A stretch of DNA of 64,000 nucleotides, taken from an uncultured Verrucomicrobiae bacterium (GTDB lineage: Bacteria; Verrucomicrobiota; Verrucomicrobiia; Chthoniobacterales; Chthoniobacteraceae). The notes beneath the pieces are model-generated. The model was not told where the DNA came from. It ran no database searches and saw nothing but the letters and a program-made list of their open reading frames with translations. The stretch spans positions 1 through 64,000 of the forward strand of contig CAWHEP010000016.1 of assembly GCA_963828525.1 (NCBI GenBank), written 5' to 3'. Both the position numbers and the translations under genes were made by a program. This document shows, piece after piece, positions 1 to 8,790 of the stretch; position 1 is the stretch's first letter; every line of letters begins with the position of its first letter.

Positions 1-474
1 CAGGACCGACTCGATGCAGCGTTTTAGCAGAATCGGGCGGTTTTTTGTTCGGGTGACAATGGTCACGCGAGGGCTTGCCACAGCCTTGCAAATCGGAGAA
101 TTCTGGATCTGCTCGGTGGCTGCTCCCACACGCGCCCCGATGGAGTGCGCCTTCCCATCCCGCAGGCGCAACGGAAGAGGATAGCGGAACGCGTGGAAAC
201 CGTTTCCTTTGCCCGCTTCCTGAAGATCGGCTCGAAAAATCCCCGCCGACGTCGTGCCCACGAGCTTGTCGCCATCCAGAACCTCTACCTCTAGAGCACG
301 ATTTGGCTGGCAGTGATCCCACACCCACCCGAGCACCACGCCCTCGCGAACATCATCAAGGTGACCTTCGAACACGCCATTCGGGGATATGCGATCTTGT
401 GTTCCATGCGCCTCTTCTGCGTGGCCGTTCTTCGTCTCGCCGTTCAACATTCCAGCCTTGTATTTACCCCACAT
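1..474 (-). CDS. Glycosyltransferase family 2 protein with an N-terminal accessory domain; partial, runs off the window start; absent from the ORF track
   Basis: Manual minus-strand translation from ATG 474 (alternative ATG 450) is open to base 1: MWGKYKAGML...GHLDDVREGVVLGWVWDHCQPN...SPRVTIVTRTKNRPILLKRCIESVL. The last segment is the typical first strand and helix of a GT2 domain. Confidence 0.75.
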   Translation of the reverse strand, partial: MWGKYKAGMLNGETKNGHAEEAHGTQDRISPNGVFEGHLDDVREGVVLGWVWDHCQPNRALEVEVLDGDKLVGTTSAGIFRADLQEAGKGNGFHAFRYPLPLRLRDGKAHSIGARVGAATEQIQNSPICKAVASPRVTIVTRTKNRPILLKRCIESVL

Positions 475-645
475 CGGAGAGCAAGGCGAGAAGAGCAATA
501 TGGAAATTCAGTTCATGGGGAATGTGCGCGGGACGTCAAACGATCACCACCTGTGCTTAAAAAACGCCATGTCATCGCACTTTTAAGCTTGGCGCTCTCT
601 GCTGAAAAACTTTTCCTCCTTCATATCCGTATGTTTCAGCGGGAG

Positions 646-661
646 TGGCACGGCGGTTGCT
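646..661 (+). promoter_or_regulatory. Sigma-54 (-24/-12) promoter
   Basis: TGGCAC-GGCGG-TTGCT matches TGGCAC-N5-TTGCW exactly; it is intergenic and predicts +1 near 672. Confidence 0.75.
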
Positions 662-671
662 AACGGTGATC

Positions 672-792
672 GCGTCCGTTTAAAGACGGACAGGGGAAAA
701 AGACCAAAGGGGGCAGCTCGGCTGGAGGGGTTGCTGAAAGATCCGGGGGGAATCTATCAGCATTTAGGGCCAGTCGAGCTGCATTTTCCCTG
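672..792 (+). ncRNA. Putative structured RNA (sRNA or 5' leader), family not recognised
   Basis: Hairpin 674-679/686-691 and nested stems 693-700/784-791, 713-725/770-782 (13 bp with one G-U) and 732-742/752-762. It begins at the predicted sigma-54 start site. Confidence 0.5.
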
Positions 793-902
793 CTCGAAGA
801 CCAAGGTTCAGGTTGCAAAGACCTTTCGGCGAAATGACAATGCGCCATGCTGACAGGTAAAAGCGCGTCTGTGGTTGGGTTGGGGCGCGCAGGGGCTTAG
901 CG

Positions 903-2735
903 TTGACGAAACGCTTTAGGATTGGCGAAAGCGCGGGCGCGACGAATTGGGAGTTAATCAAGCGTCTGCTGGGCCTGACGTGGAGATACCGGTGGGGATG
1001 TGTGGCGGTTCTCTTCCTCCAAACTGTCATCCTCTTTTTTGGACTGTTCGGAATAGGCTTCACCGGGATCGGAGTGGATGAAATCCGGTATGCTCTCCAC
1101 GATACGCCGGTTGCGCCCCATCTGCCGTTTCATCTTTCCTTCCCCCATGATTGGCCGCCGCTGAGGATTGTGTTCGCCATCGCGGGCGCGGTGCTCTCCT
1201 TCGCCCTTTTGCGGGCTGTGGTGGATTACCACTATCGGGTGGAGCTTAACCGGCTCATCCAGGCGCAAGTGGTTGTTCAACTCCGCGCGGATGTGTATGA
1301 GAAACTGCAGCGCTTGAGCTTCCGTTTTTTCGACGCGAACGCGAGCAGCTCCATCATCAACCGGGTGACGAGTGATGTGCAACTCGTTCGCATGTTCATC
1401 GAGAACGTGGTGATCCAGACGGTCATACTCGTCATCTCTCTAGCGGCGTTTCTTTCCTACATGCTGAGCCTTCATGTCGCGTTGACCCTCGCCTGTCTCG
1501 CCACCACCCCGCTCCTTCTCCTCTGCTGCACAGTGTTCTCCGCGCGGGTGGCGCCCGCGTATGTGTGTAACAAAGGACTCGTGGACGCGATGATTCAGCG
1601 CCTGGCGGAGAATATTCGCGGCTTCCATGTTGTAAAAGCGTTCTCTCAAGAGGGGAGGGAAATGGCAAAGTTCCTCACGGCCAATGAAGCCGTCGTGACG
1701 CAGAAGCGGAGCATCTTTTCGAAGATAAGCTCCTTCTCGGCGCTTACCGGCTTCCTCAGCCAGTTCAACATCGTGATCTTGCTTGGGTATGGCGGGCACC
1801 TTGTCATCAACGGAAAGTTCCCGCTCGGCGCAGGCTTGATCGCGTTCGCGGGCATCCTGCAGCAGTTCTCAACCCAGGTGGGCAACATCGCCAACATTGC
1901 CAACAGCATGCAGGAAAGCCTGACCGGCGCTCGCCGAGTTTTCGAGGTTCTGGACGCGCCACTTGAGATAGAGGCGACTGCGGATGCCCTGCGTCTGGGC
2001 CGCGCGCGGGGACACGTGCGTTTCGAGAATGTCTGTTTCGCCCACGGCGTGGAGCCCGTGCTTGAATCGTTGACGTTTGAAGCGCAGCCCGGTCAGCGCG
2101 TTGCGATCGTAGGAGCGACGGGATCAGGCAAGAGCGCTCTCATGAGCCTTATCCCCAGGTTTTACGATCCCACCAGCGGGAGGGTGCTCGTGGATGGCAT
2201 CGATCTTAAAAAACTGGATCTCAACGACCTGCGACGAAATGTCGGTCTGGTGTTCCAGGAGAGTTTTCTTTTCAGCACGACTGTCGCCGCGAATATCGCG
2301 TTTGGGCATCCGGAAGCCAGCCGCGACCAAGTTGAGCAAGCGGCAAGGATCGCTTCCGCGTCGGAGTTTATTGAGCGGCTGCCGGAGGGCTACGACACCG
2401 TCCTGGGGCAGAGCGGCGCGGGCTTGTCTGGTGGCCAGAGACAGCGTATTGCGCTCGCCCGGGCGATCCTGCTCGATCCAGCTTTGCTCCTGCTCGACGA
2501 TCCCACGGCTGCCATCGACCCCGGCACGGAGCATGAGATCATCGATGCCATGGAATCTGCGATGGCATCCCGGACCACATTCGTTGTCGCCCACAGGCTC
2601 ACGATGGCGCGGCGCGCGGATATGATTATCGTCCTCGACAAAGGCAGAATCTCGGAAATTGGGTCTCATGAAGAATTGATGCGACTCCCCGGCTACTACG
2701 CGACCGCTGCTCGCATACAGCAAGATGAAGACTGA
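903..2735 (+). CDS. ABC exporter, fused permease/ATPase (heterodimer subunit 1)
   Basis: N-terminal TM domain, Walker A GATGSGKS, signature LSGGQRQR, degenerate Walker B LLLLDD. Confidence 0.92.
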   Translation: MTKRFRIGESAGATNWELIKRLLGLTWRYRWGCVAVLFLQTVILFFGLFGIGFTGIGVDEIRYALHDTPVAPHLPFHLSFPHDWPPLRIVFAIAGAVLSFALLRAVVDYHYRVELNRLIQAQVVVQLRADVYEKLQRLSFRFFDANASSSIINRVTSDVQLVRMFIENVVIQTVILVISLAAFLSYMLSLHVALTLACLATTPLLLLCCTVFSARVAPAYVCNKGLVDAMIQRLAENIRGFHVVKAFSQEGREMAKFLTANEAVVTQKRSIFSKISSFSALTGFLSQFNIVILLGYGGHLVINGKFPLGAGLIAFAGILQQFSTQVGNIANIANSMQESLTGARRVFEVLDAPLEIEATADALRLGRARGHVRFENVCFAHGVEPVLESLTFEAQPGQRVAIVGATGSGKSALMSLIPRFYDPTSGRVLVDGIDLKKLDLNDLRRNVGLVFQESFLFSTTVAANIAFGHPEASRDQVEQAARIASASEFIERLPEGYDTVLGQSGAGLSGGQRQRIALARAILLDPALLLLDDPTAAIDPGTEHEIIDAMESAMASRTTFVVAHRLTMARRADMIIVLDKGRISEIGSHEELMRLPGYYATAARIQQDED

Positions 2736-4557
2736 TTTCGTCCTCGCGCAACCGGATAGGGACGAAGAAGAGAGCAGGGTCAGCGTAGATCCTCTGAGCT
2801 TCCTGCCCTTGCTTGTTCGCCTGTTCACCTATACGCGCCCGCACGCGGCGGTTCGTAACTGGCTGGCGACGCTCGTGATTATCAGATCCATCCAGTTGCC
2901 ACTGCTCGCGTGGGGAATCGGGGCGGTTATTAACGGCCCTATCGAACGACGTGACCTGGCCGGAACTTTGCGTGGCGCTCTTTGGTTCGCCATTCTCGCC
3001 GCGTTCACCCAGGCTTGCTTCTACTTCAGAATTCGTCTTGCGCTTGAACTGGGGGAGGCGGTTATTTTTGATCTGCGCAACCAACTCTTCGCGCATCTTC
3101 AGGCGAAGACCGCCAGCTTCTACGACAAGACAAAGCCGGGTCGAATCATCAGCCGCATGACTTCAGACATCGAGGCGATTCGAACGGGTGTCCAGGATGT
3201 TGTCTTCGTAAGCATGGTGCAGGCGGGTCAGATGCTTGTGAGTGGCGCGTTGATGCTCTGCTACAACTGGGTGCTCTTCCTTGTCGTGCTTGCGATGGCG
3301 CCCATCGTTTGGTCCATCAATCGATACTTCCGGGCGAGGCTTGCCGTAACCCAACGGCAGGCGCAGGAGAGCTTCAGTCGCGTCATGTCAACGGTTGCCG
3401 AATCTGTCGAAGGCATCCGTGTAACCCAGGGATTCGTTCGGCAGGAGGTAAATACGGGCATGTTCCGCGAACTCGTTGAGGATCACTCCCGCTACGTCAT
3501 GGGAGCGGCGCGCACATCGGCGGTGTTCCTGCCCATGCTTGAGTTGAACAGCCAGTTTTTCATCGCCATTCTCCTCATGCTGGGAGGATACCGGGCGCTG
3601 AACCCAGCCATCGGCGATTCCGTCGGCGGGATCGTGGAGTTCTTCTTCCTCGCGATCATGTTCTTCGAACCCGTCCGGATCATAGGGACACAATATACGC
3701 AAGCCATGACAGCGATGGTGGGAGCGGAGCGCATATTCTCCATGCTCGATCTGCCTCCTGAATGGCGGGACCCGCCGGATGCTGTTTCGCTGCCAATCAT
3801 CCGAGGCGGCGTAGAGTTTTGTAATGTGTCTTTTGGCTACGATGAAGGCCGGATGGTTCTGCAAAATGTCAGCTTCAAGGCCTTTCCCGGGCAAACCGTG
3901 GCGCTGGTTGGCCATACGGGTAGCGGAAAGACTTCCATCACAAACCTCATCGCGAAGGCCTACCTCGCAACTGCGGGAGTCGTGTTGATTGACGGGGTGG
4001 ACATCCAGCGCATCCAGTCTGGGTATCTCCACAGCCGGCTTGGCGTTGTTCACCAGCAGAACTTCCTTTTTGAAGGCACGATCCTCGACAACATCCGCTT
4101 TGGCCAACCGACGGCCACGGACGAACAAGTTGTCCAGGCGGTCAGAGACCTCGATTTTCTGGACATCATCGACGCTCTTCCATTGGGATTCATGACAGGG
4201 GTCGGCGAGGCGGGAGGAAACCTTTCCGTGGGTCAGCGGCAACTGATTTGCTTCAGCCGTGCTCTTCTGGCAAACCCAAGCATCTTGATCCTGGACGAAG
4301 CGACGAGCGCCATTGACGCGATTACCGAGGAAAGGATCCAGCGCGCTCTCTCAAAACTGTTGACGGGACGCACCAGTTTCGTTGTGGCACACCGCCTGAG
4401 TACTGTCCGACAGGCGGATATCATCCTCGTCCTAAGTCACGGAGTCATCGTCGAGCGCGGCTCACACCGGGACCTCCTTGCCCGCAACGGGGCTTACCGC
4501 GCGCTTCACGATCGCTTCGTCAGAGGCGGGGTCGGTTGGGTCGCTACTGGCAGATGA
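2725..4557 (+). CDS. ABC exporter, fused permease/ATPase (heterodimer subunit 2)
   Basis: Walker A GHTGSGKT, signature LSVGQRQ, Walker B ILILDE; overlaps the upstream gene. Confidence 0.92.
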   Translation: MKTDFVLAQPDRDEEESRVSVDPLSFLPLLVRLFTYTRPHAAVRNWLATLVIIRSIQLPLLAWGIGAVINGPIERRDLAGTLRGALWFAILAAFTQACFYFRIRLALELGEAVIFDLRNQLFAHLQAKTASFYDKTKPGRIISRMTSDIEAIRTGVQDVVFVSMVQAGQMLVSGALMLCYNWVLFLVVLAMAPIVWSINRYFRARLAVTQRQAQESFSRVMSTVAESVEGIRVTQGFVRQEVNTGMFRELVEDHSRYVMGAARTSAVFLPMLELNSQFFIAILLMLGGYRALNPAIGDSVGGIVEFFFLAIMFFEPVRIIGTQYTQAMTAMVGAERIFSMLDLPPEWRDPPDAVSLPIIRGGVEFCNVSFGYDEGRMVLQNVSFKAFPGQTVALVGHTGSGKTSITNLIAKAYLATAGVVLIDGVDIQRIQSGYLHSRLGVVHQQNFLFEGTILDNIRFGQPTATDEQVVQAVRDLDFLDIIDALPLGFMTGVGEAGGNLSVGQRQLICFSRALLANPSILILDEATSAIDAITEERIQRALSKLLTGRTSFVVAHRLSTVRQADIILVLSHGVIVERGSHRDLLARNGAYRALHDRFVRGGVGWVATGR

Positions 4558-5509
4558 TCGACTTCGGCGAGCCAGGTAATTCGAAACTACTCCCAGCCGC
4601 CACGGCGCGCACCCAGTGCGGCTTCCCGTCCAGCATTATCGAGGGGGTAGGCAGGAAGAAACAATGCGCTCCTTTTTCATTGGGCGCGCCGGGCATATCA
4701 CCCCGCAACTTGTCAGCGACTACAGTGAGCAGGAGCGTTGTTCCATCGTATATCTCCACGGAAACCGGAACGTTCGGCTGCGCGTGATCGCAAGCCCACC
4801 CGCCGACAATTTTTCCATTGGCGACGTCCAGCGAGCCGTCCAGTTTTGTGAGTTGGGATAGTGTGGCAACGTCAGTGGGTTGCGAGGCTGCTCCGTCACT
4901 GGAAGTGGCTCCCGGCTCTTCCGGTGGAGGAAAAGCGGAAAGGCGCGCCTTGAAGAGTTTGCCCGCGCTCGCTATGCCCGAAATCTTCTTCGCCAAAAGC
5001 AGATGTTCAGACAAAGGCGGCATGGCATTTTGCGCCAGCGCCTTCATCCGCCCGTCCTTCGAACGAGCGCCTTCCTCGAAATCGGTGATTTCCTTCTGTT
5101 GCGCCTGGATCACCGTTGTCATCCAAGCCTTGTCGAACTTGTCGCCTTTCAACCTTGCAAGCCTTTTGAGGAGTGCCGTCTGTTCTACGTTGAGCATCTG
5201 CGGTAGCGAGCATTGCATCTCGCTTGCAAGCTTCTTCAGCTCTTCGCCTTCCCCGGCATCTTTCCTGAGGGAAATGGCAAAAGTTTGAACGGGCTTGCTT
5301 GCAGATTGTTTTGCCGCAAGGTCACCGAGTTTCGTCCGCATCAACTGGTCTTCCGCTGCTGAGCGCAGGAAATCCAGGTCGGTAGCGCTCATCTCGCTGC
5401 TGAGGATTGTTGATCCCGCAGGCTCCGCCGAGCGCAGAGCGGACGTTGCGGCGATCACCGCGCATAGAGCGCCCGCTATATTGACTTGGCGCATTCCAAA
5501 CGTTCTCAC
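4544..5509 (-). CDS. Secreted DUF4142-family protein with an extra C-terminal domain
   Basis: Signal-like N-terminus; DUF4142-like helices (DLDFLRSAA...FDKAWM...LSEHLLLAK); Pro/Ser linker; start overlaps the gatB stop (GTGA); alternative ATG 5494. Confidence 0.7.
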   Translation of the reverse strand: MRTFGMRQVNIAGALCAVIAATSALRSAEPAGSTILSSEMSATDLDFLRSAAEDQLMRTKLGDLAAKQSASKPVQTFAISLRKDAGEGEELKKLASEMQCSLPQMLNVEQTALLKRLARLKGDKFDKAWMTTVIQAQQKEITDFEEGARSKDGRMKALAQNAMPPLSEHLLLAKKISGIASAGKLFKARLSAFPPPEEPGATSSDGAASQPTDVATLSQLTKLDGSLDVANGKIVGGWACDHAQPNVPVSVEIYDGTTLLLTVVADKLRGDMPGAPNEKGAHCFFLPTPSIMLDGKPHWVRAVAAGSSFELPGSPKSIICQ

Positions 5510-6960
5510 TTGGAAAGTTGAGCCGCCAGCAATTCACCCACCAAGGCGGGGTTTGCTTTGCCTTGGGAAAGTTTCATCACCTGGCCTTTGAGAAAGTTAA
5601 TTGAAGCGGGTTTTCCTGAGCGATAGTCAGCGACCACCTTCGGATTCGCTTCTATTACTTGCAAGCAAAACGCTTCCAACGCCCCTGAGTCGCTCTCCTG
5701 CTTTAATCCCTTCGCCTCCACAATCTCCGTCGGCCAGGTACCGTTCGCGAACATTTCGGCGAACACTTCCTTGCCTTGCTTGCCGCTGATCGTGCCTGCT
5801 TCAATCAATGCGACAAGCTCATCGAGATGGCTCGGCGGGATGGGGCAATCCTCGATGCGCAGCGCGGCGGCGCTTAGCGCGCTCAGCAGGTCATTAAGGA
5901 TCCAATTGGCGACACTCTTCGGCTTCGGCGACGCTTTAGCCGCTGTTTCGAAATACGTCGAAAGCGCGAGATCATCCGCAAGCACACCAGCGTCATAGGC
6001 GCTAACCCCGTACTGTGAAACGAACCGATTCCTCTTGGAGGCGGGTAGTTCGGGCACTCGATCCTGTATTGCAGCGAGGAGGACATCTGTTTTCACCGGC
6101 AGGAGATCTGGATCCGGAAAGTAGCGGTAATCGTGCGCGGACTCTTTGGTTCGCATCAACTGTGTCTGGCCGGAGGCGTCGTCCCAGCGCCTGGTTTCCT
6201 GTTTCAATTCCACCCCGCGCTCGAGGCAATCCACCTGCCGGGCGACCTCGTAAGCCAGCGCGCGGCGGACACCGCTTATCGAATTCATATTTTTGATCTC
6301 GATCTTGGCGCCGAACTCTTCCTGGCCTTCTGGGCGGATGGATACATTGCAGTCGCATCTCAACTGGCCTTTTTCCATGTCGGCGTCACTCACTCCGCCA
6401 TAAATCAAAATCTGCTTGAGCGCGGTGAGATAGGCGAAAGCTTCCTCCGGCGAGTCGATTTCCGGCTCCGACACGATCTCCATGAGCGGCGTGCCAGCCC
6501 TGTTGAAATCAATCCCCGTGCTCGTCTCGAAGTGAAAACTCTTCGCCACGTCTTCCTCCAGGTGAATGCGCGTCAACCGGATATTCTTGTCGTGATGGGC
6601 GATGCTCTTCTGAGCATCCTTGGGGTATGCCGTATCGTGCAGAGGCACGCCGCCTCCCACACAGATCGGCATGTCGTACTGCGAAATCTGATAGTTCTTT
6701 GGCATGTCCGGGTAGAAGTAATGCTTCCGGTCGAACTTGCACATCGGAGCGATCTCGCATGACAACATCAATCCTGTAAGCGCTGTCATCCGAAGCGCCT
6801 CGGCATTCATCACGGGCAGCGCGCCAGGCAACCCGAGGCAGACGGGACACGTGTGTGTATTGGCATCGGCTCCAAAGCCGGCCGGGCAAGCGCAGAACAT
6901 CTTGCTGCGCGTCTTAAGCTGCACGTGAACCTCGAGACCGATCGTAGTGAGATATTTCAT
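5506..6960 (-). CDS. gatB: Asp-tRNA(Asn)/Glu-tRNA(Gln) amidotransferase subunit B
   Basis: IGLEVHVQL, FDRKHYFYPDMPKNYQISQ, DFNRAGTPLMEIVSEP, DYRYFPDPDL motifs. Confidence 0.98.
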   Translation of the reverse strand: MKYLTTIGLEVHVQLKTRSKMFCACPAGFGADANTHTCPVCLGLPGALPVMNAEALRMTALTGLMLSCEIAPMCKFDRKHYFYPDMPKNYQISQYDMPICVGGGVPLHDTAYPKDAQKSIAHHDKNIRLTRIHLEEDVAKSFHFETSTGIDFNRAGTPLMEIVSEPEIDSPEEAFAYLTALKQILIYGGVSDADMEKGQLRCDCNVSIRPEGQEEFGAKIEIKNMNSISGVRRALAYEVARQVDCLERGVELKQETRRWDDASGQTQLMRTKESAHDYRYFPDPDLLPVKTDVLLAAIQDRVPELPASKRNRFVSQYGVSAYDAGVLADDLALSTYFETAAKASPKPKSVANWILNDLLSALSAAALRIEDCPIPPSHLDELVALIEAGTISGKQGKEVFAEMFANGTWPTEIVEAKGLKQESDSGALEAFCLQVIEANPKVVADYRSGKPASINFLKGQVMKLSQGKANPALVGELLAAQLSK

Positions 6961-7102
6961 GAACCTCCGCAGGTTGCACCGTCACCGTCGATTTTCCAAG
7001 CTCCGCCGTTATCGAATTCCGAGAGCGCGCGCCACAGGCATGGCTGGGAACGATGCCAGCCTTGTCTCGGACCGAGAGACTCTGAGGGCCCTCGTCCCGC
7101 CC

Positions 7103-7939
7103 TCAACTTCCAAGAATGAACTTTTCCATGGCTTCGGCGAAACCTTCCTCTTCAACGGAGGCCGTGATCGCCGTCGCGGCGCCCTTCACTTCGTCACTGG
7201 ACTGTCCCATGGCGATGCTGAATCCGCTCTGCTTGAACATTGAAATATCATTTGGCATGTCTCCGATGGTCGCAATTTGAGCGGGGGGCACCCCCAGCAT
7301 CGCTGATAGTCGCAAGACCACCGCGCCTTTGTTCGCCTCCGGATGGGTGATATCAAGGTAGTAGGGCTGAGAACGCGCGGCGGATACCTGCTGACCGGAG
7401 GACGCGGCGCTCGAAAAATGTTCCTGCGCGCGCTTCTCACAAGCCGTAATCGCGGCCACGTCATCGCTTACCCCGACGATCTTGGCTACACCGTCAAGAT
7501 AGGGAGACATGTCGGGCACGACGGTGGGAGGAAACTTGACCGTCCACTCTTCGCGATCCACATGCGGGCCATGCCGATCCGGCACGAACCATTCATTCTG
7601 CCGGTAAACCCATACGACTAGATTCGCCTCCTTGAGGAGCGCTATTACCGCTTCGCAGGTGGGTCGCTCCAGCGCGCGCTGTTCGATGAGCGACAAGTCG
7701 GGGCGCACAAACATCCCGCCATTGAAAGCGGCAAGGGGAGTTGTGAGCGACAGCGGATCAATCAGCATCTGCATGCCGCGGGGAGGCCGTCCGCTCGTGA
7801 GCGCGAACTTGATCCCGGCTTCACTCATTTTTTGCACCGCGGAGCGGGCCCGGGGTGTAAGCACCTTTTCGCGCGTCACCAGCGTGCCGTCCACATCCGC
7901 AACCACCAACCGGATTGCCTGCTTCTCAGGTAAGCTCAT
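7103..7939 (-). CDS. Cof-type HAD-IIB hydrolase
   Basis: DVDGTL, TSGR, NKG and GDMPND motifs. Confidence 0.93.
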   Translation of the reverse strand: MSLPEKQAIRLVVADVDGTLVTREKVLTPRARSAVQKMSEAGIKFALTSGRPPRGMQMLIDPLSLTTPLAAFNGGMFVRPDLSLIEQRALERPTCEAVIALLKEANLVVWVYRQNEWFVPDRHGPHVDREEWTVKFPPTVVPDMSPYLDGVAKIVGVSDDVAAITACEKRAQEHFSSAASSGQQVSAARSQPYYLDITHPEANKGAVVLRLSAMLGVPPAQIATIGDMPNDISMFKQSGFSIAMGQSSDEVKGAATAITASVEEEGFAEAMEKFILGS

Positions 7940-7990
7940 GCTTCGACATTAGCACATCCGTCCTTCAGTCGAAATCCTGGTTGATACTTT

Positions 7991-8635
7991 CTATAGGCGA
8001 TGCCAACCGGTCGTCACCCACCCTTGCTGGGGCCACGAGGTGTGGGCATTAGCGAGGTCTTTCTCTCCTCGTTCAAACCCGCCGGCGAAGTCAATCACGC
8101 ACATCGTCCCGTAGCGCGCGTGCGGGCCGCATGCCACGCCCGCAACTCCAAAGTCGGGACTGAAGATATTTTTTCTGTGACCTCGTCCCCATACACCGGC
8201 GTCAATGATCAGCGACGATACGATCGATTTGGCATCGGCGTGGCCGTATGAAATGTTTTCCCCAGCGCTTCCTGTCCACTTTCCGAAAGCGGCGATGCGA
8301 TCCCATGGGCTGCTCGAATCGCTTCCGGAGTGCCCGTAAGCGCCAGTATTTCCCTGGTCAAGCACGTGGGAAGAAGCGCCCATTGACATGCCCCGCGAAA
8401 ATACCAATGGAGGGAGGGGGGCCGTATGCCTCAAAAAATAGATCGTTTCATCCATTGCGCTCCGGTCTTCCGATCGACAGCCTTGCTCTTCCGCTTCCAG
8501 CGCGTTCGCGTATCTTGCGGGATGCTCTCTGGCGAAATTGATCTCCTTCAACACCTCTTCGGCGCGGCTTTCCTTTGCGCTCGCAGTCAAAGCAAGGAAC
8601 AAGCAGAAAAGCGAAATGAGCTGTTGGTACTTCAT
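7991..8635 (-). CDS. Secreted CAP (SCP) domain protein
   Basis: Signal peptide MKYQQLISLFCLFLALTASA; EINFAR, GHSGSD, GENI and GHRKNI motifs; start chosen at ATG 8635. Confidence 0.88.
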   Translation of the reverse strand: MKYQQLISLFCLFLALTASAKESRAEEVLKEINFAREHPARYANALEAEEQGCRSEDRSAMDETIYFLRHTAPLPPLVFSRGMSMGASSHVLDQGNTGAYGHSGSDSSSPWDRIAAFGKWTGSAGENISYGHADAKSIVSSLIIDAGVWGRGHRKNIFSPDFGVAGVACGPHARYGTMCVIDFAGGFERGEKDLANAHTSWPQQGWVTTGWHRL

Positions 8636-8649
8636 CTTGGGATTCAAAA

Positions 8650-8666
8650 AGCAGGGAGGGTGCCAA
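8650..8666 (-). promoter_or_regulatory. Probable sigma-54 promoter for the CAP gene
   Basis: Minus strand reads TTGGCAC-CCTCC-CTGCT (one mismatch to consensus), ending 15 nt before ATG 8635. Confidence 0.55.
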
Positions 8667-8790
8667 TACCTTCCTTTGAGCGCAACCTTTGTTTTGTTAC
8701 AACCTTGATCCGGCGCGAAACGAAGGGGTTTGTGGTGTTGAAAAAAGCAAATTGCCTCCGCGGAAAAGGGCGATTGTGGCAATTAAACCG

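Noticed and set aside
7019..7070. Imperfect hairpin (GGCTGG/CCAGCC) between the HAD gene and gatB as a T-box or REP element
   Set aside because: No T-box motif and no second copy found in the window.
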